Assembly: GCA_044226015.1 (NCBI GenBank)
Contig: JBGAHS010000004.1
Coordinates: 448,001 to 512,000, forward strand
Origin: Candidatus Obscuribacteraceae bacterium
GTDB taxonomy: Bacteria > Cyanobacteriota > Vampirovibrionia > Obscuribacterales > Obscuribacteraceae
Direction of reading: 5' to 3'
Length of the DNA stretch: 64,000 nucleotides
Shown: positions 61,008 through 64,000 of the stretch, piece after piece
How positions within the stretch are numbered: position 1 is the first letter of the stretch
Layout: each line of letters starts with the position of its first letter
Notes under the pieces: generated by a model
What the model saw: only the letters and a program-made list of their open reading frames with translations
The model's database searches: none
What the model was told of the DNA's origin: nothing
Translations under genes and position numbers: made by a program

Positions 61008-64000
61008 CGTTTTCGTTATTTCAGGCACATCTGGCATTCCACTCAGTTTTTCCTTATCTAAAGCTGATGCCACCATACTGTGAGCAGTCACCTGAGGATT
61101 GGTCTAGTTCGGAAGCCGTCAACATCAAACCTGGTGATGTCATCTTTGTTCTCGACCCGATCTTTTCGCCATGGGGAAATAAAACTCAAGGAATAGGCGT
61201 TAGTGAGGGTGATAAATTTCGAGTCGCACAAGTTCTTTTGCCATTCAAACAAGATTCTGGCTTTCCGATGAGTATTGCTCTATCTGCAGACTCATATGAA
61301 ATGCAATTTGTTGAGACTATACTTTGTGTTAAAGCTGATGCTGCACGAATGGCTGGTCATGGCTTCTACTACTTGCACATTCGTCCGAAGAAAGAGCTGA
61401 GTGCGGCTCAAATTGGTCAAATCGCTGACCTCCACAAATATGGAAGTAGCGGAAGCCGCACGGCGACGCCAAGGCAATTGCCAGACCCAGCGTATGCGTT
61501 TTTTACTGCATTGGATATTGCTCTTGAGCCGACATTTGCGAAAAATCCTATGGATATCGAAATGCTTGCGTTCTATTTATATAGCGATTATGACTCGGCG
61601 CCAGCAGGGCGAGCTCCAAACATTAGCGATACATTTATTCCGGTGAAACGTACTGACGCGCCACCGCCTGCTCGTACTCCGGCAGCTAGTTCAACAACAA
61701 CAACCAAACCAAGCAATACAAGCAATTCCGCTGCAGATTACGGCAACCAGTCGTTGATGGCACTACTTTCTGATGATTGGGTGCCTGGCGGAAAGGTAGA
61801 GCAGAAGCCAGCTCCTATACCGGCAAGTTCTGGACCTCCCGCGACCAGTCCTCCGGCTGCGCCCGCGCCCCCCGCACCGAGTTCGAAACCGGCTGCCAGT
61901 TCACAAGATTCTGTAAAAGGAATGGCTGCTGAGATAGCGTCACTGGTCGATGGTTTGTCGATGAATAATGCCAGCGAACCTCAGTCCGAAAAATCAAGTA
62001 AGGTTCAGATGGCGCCTTCTCCTGGAATGAAGGTGGCACCGCCGCCGCCACCACCTGGGGTAAGCACTGCTCGCGCTTTACACCCACCAAATCATCCACT
62101 ACGTAAAAAAGGTGAGAAAGATAATGGAGAAAGTGGTGCAACACCTGCTCCAACTACTCCTCAACCAACTATACCTCAGGCATCGGTGCCTGGGGTGCCC
62201 GGCCCAATTCCTATGTATGGTGCCAAAGATGGTAGCGAAAAGAAACAGACAACGCAATCAGAAAAGAAAGTTACTCTTGAAGCATTGTTGAACAGCGGAG
62301 GAGCTTTGCCTGTAGAGGCGCCAAAAGAAGGTCCAAGTTTTATTTTTGGTGACTCCGCAGCGAAGTCTTCCGGACCGAGTGACCTTGCGAAGTCGGCTTT
62401 TCCTAGTTCGGCTGGGCCAGGTACTGATGCAAAAGATGATGATGCTAATCCTTTGGGGCTTGAGCTAAAACCTCTTGATTCGGCAAAATCAGAAGCTGAG
62501 CCTGAACTAGAGCCGACCCCAGTGGTCGCTGAACCGGAACCAGAGCCGACCCCAGTGGTCGCTGAGCCTGAACCAGAGCCGACCCCGGTGGTCGCTGAAC
62601 CGGAACCGACACCTGCACCTGAACCGACACCTGCACCTGAACCAGTAGCCTTAGTCGTTACTCCTGAGAAAAAAGAGGAACCTATTGCTGCCTCGATTGC
62701 TGCCTCGATTGCTACAGAGCCATCAGCAGTTTCAACTCCTCCATCGCCTTCCCCTGCTCCACGGTCAGCAGTTTCCTCAGCATCCGATATTTTTGGCTCG
62801 GCTGACAGTTCGAATCCATTTAACGATGAGCCATTGTTTGGAGCTCCAACTGCTTCTGCTCCAGTCGCACCGGCGGCTGCAGAGCCTGCACCAGCAGTGG
62901 AGCAAGCGCCTGCACCAGCAGCGGAGCAAGAGCCTGCACCAGCAGCGGAGCAAGAGCCTGCACCAGCAACGGAGCAAGCACCTGCACCAGCAGCGGAGCA
63001 AGCGCCTGCACCAGCACCAGAGCAAGCACCTGCACCGGCAGCAGAACCAGCGCCTGTAGCCGCAAGTTCCGCACCAAATATAGTGTCGTCTGTTGATTCA
63101 ATCGGTATATCACCGCCTTCGATGTCACAATCAGGTTCGTATCAGTCCGTTAAAGAGCCCACTCCAGCTGGAGTTTCTGGGTTGATTGCAAAGCTTGAAC
63201 AGCAAGCCCAGCGTGCGACAGTGCGTCTAGAGCAAAAGCTCGATGAACAGCAGCTGCGTATGCATAGCGATATGATGCAGAATGTCTCCAAATTGACTGC
63301 TAAAGAAAATCAAAGTCAAAACAATGTGCTTTCTCTTCGCACCGTTCTTTCGCGACGTCTCACCTCTGCTGGGGAAGACCTGAAAGAGCAACTCAAAGAT
63401 GTTTCCGAGAAGGGTTGCGAAACCATCAAGGATTCTTCCACTTCAACCTCTGCTAGCATCAATGAAATGGCGACTTCGCTCAGCGGAGAAGTGCTTCAGG
63501 CGTTTGATGATCTCGGCAGCAGCACAGTTGGTCTCGCCAGTTCTTATGGTGAGAAGGCTGAATCTGAGCAGCAAAATAGACTTGTAGAAGTCAGCGAGGT
63601 TTTGCATTCGTTGCAATCGAAGCTTGAGGGCATCAGTCGCCAACATTTCAAAGTTATTCAAGGGCATTACGACCTCGTAGAGCGTAGATTGCAACAACTT
63701 AACGAACACAGTGTTGCTGAGTTGAATGATAGCTCTCAACGACTCAAGTCTGAGCTGCTTCTTCATAAAGAAGATTGTGTGAACAGGTTGAATGCACTTT
63801 CAGATGAGCTGGCGGACACTATTCACGAAAGCCTTGCTCTATGTGGACTCAGTATTAATAGTCACGCAGAGTCGCTGGCCACAAGCGATTTTATTCCGAA
63901 GTTGATGTCCTTTAAGCAAGGACATAGTTCAAGTGCTCAACGATTGAGAGAGCAATATAAGGAAGAGGTAGAGAAGGCTGCGACTATTAAACTGGCTGAG
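61004..64000 (+). CDS. Large hypothetical protein, truncated by the window end (not in the ORF track)
   Basis: ATG overlaps the previous TGA (ATGA). Hand translation MTFSLFQAHLAFHSVFPYLK...; same frame open where checked, through ...EEVEKAATIKLAE at 64000. ~200-aa globular N-terminus, Pro/Ala/Glu linker, coiled-coil C-terminal part. Confidence 0.8.
62495..63049 (+). repeat. In-frame repeats: 33-bp x3 (AEPEPEPTPVV-like) and 24-bp x7 (xPAPAxEQ)
   Basis: 33-bp units from 62495; 24-bp units at 62882-63049. Confidence 0.85.

Overview
Bacterial chromosomal window, most likely from a non-photosynthetic Cyanobacteria relative (Melainabacteria/Vampirovibrionia, Obscuribacterales-like). This is an inference from cyanobacterial-looking SSB, HU, ClpP/ClpX and Tig sequences together with a full-length Lon, an SGNH/AlgI pair and many lineage-specific low-complexity proteins. 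Housekeeping blocks: ssb + Na+/solute symporter; tryptophanase; yqeK ... nadD-alr; HU, an oxidoreductase and tRNA-Gly(GCC); tig-clpP-clpX-lon. Accessory material between them: (i) a tightly packed minus-strand cassette of one membrane-insertion-like protein and two equal-length calpain-like (peptidase C2) paralogs; (ii) other signal-peptide-less proteins with disordered N-termini (an 800-aa orphan, a GH25 muramidase, a protein with a protamine-like tract); (iii) a 59-aa hyperacidic microprotein missing from the ORF track; (iv) an IS1595-transposase-derived gene that seems to have a winged helix in place of the DDE core, flanked by strong hairpins and a perfect 40-bp palindrome; (v) a ~5050-aa Gly/Ser/Thr-rich filamentous surface protein lying between nadD and yqeK, with no export machinery visible; (vi) three coiled-coil/Pro-Ala genes after lon, the last (61004->end) absent from the ORF track. 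No CRISPR array, integrase or rRNA was seen. All family assignments come from motif recognition by eye; no database searches were run.
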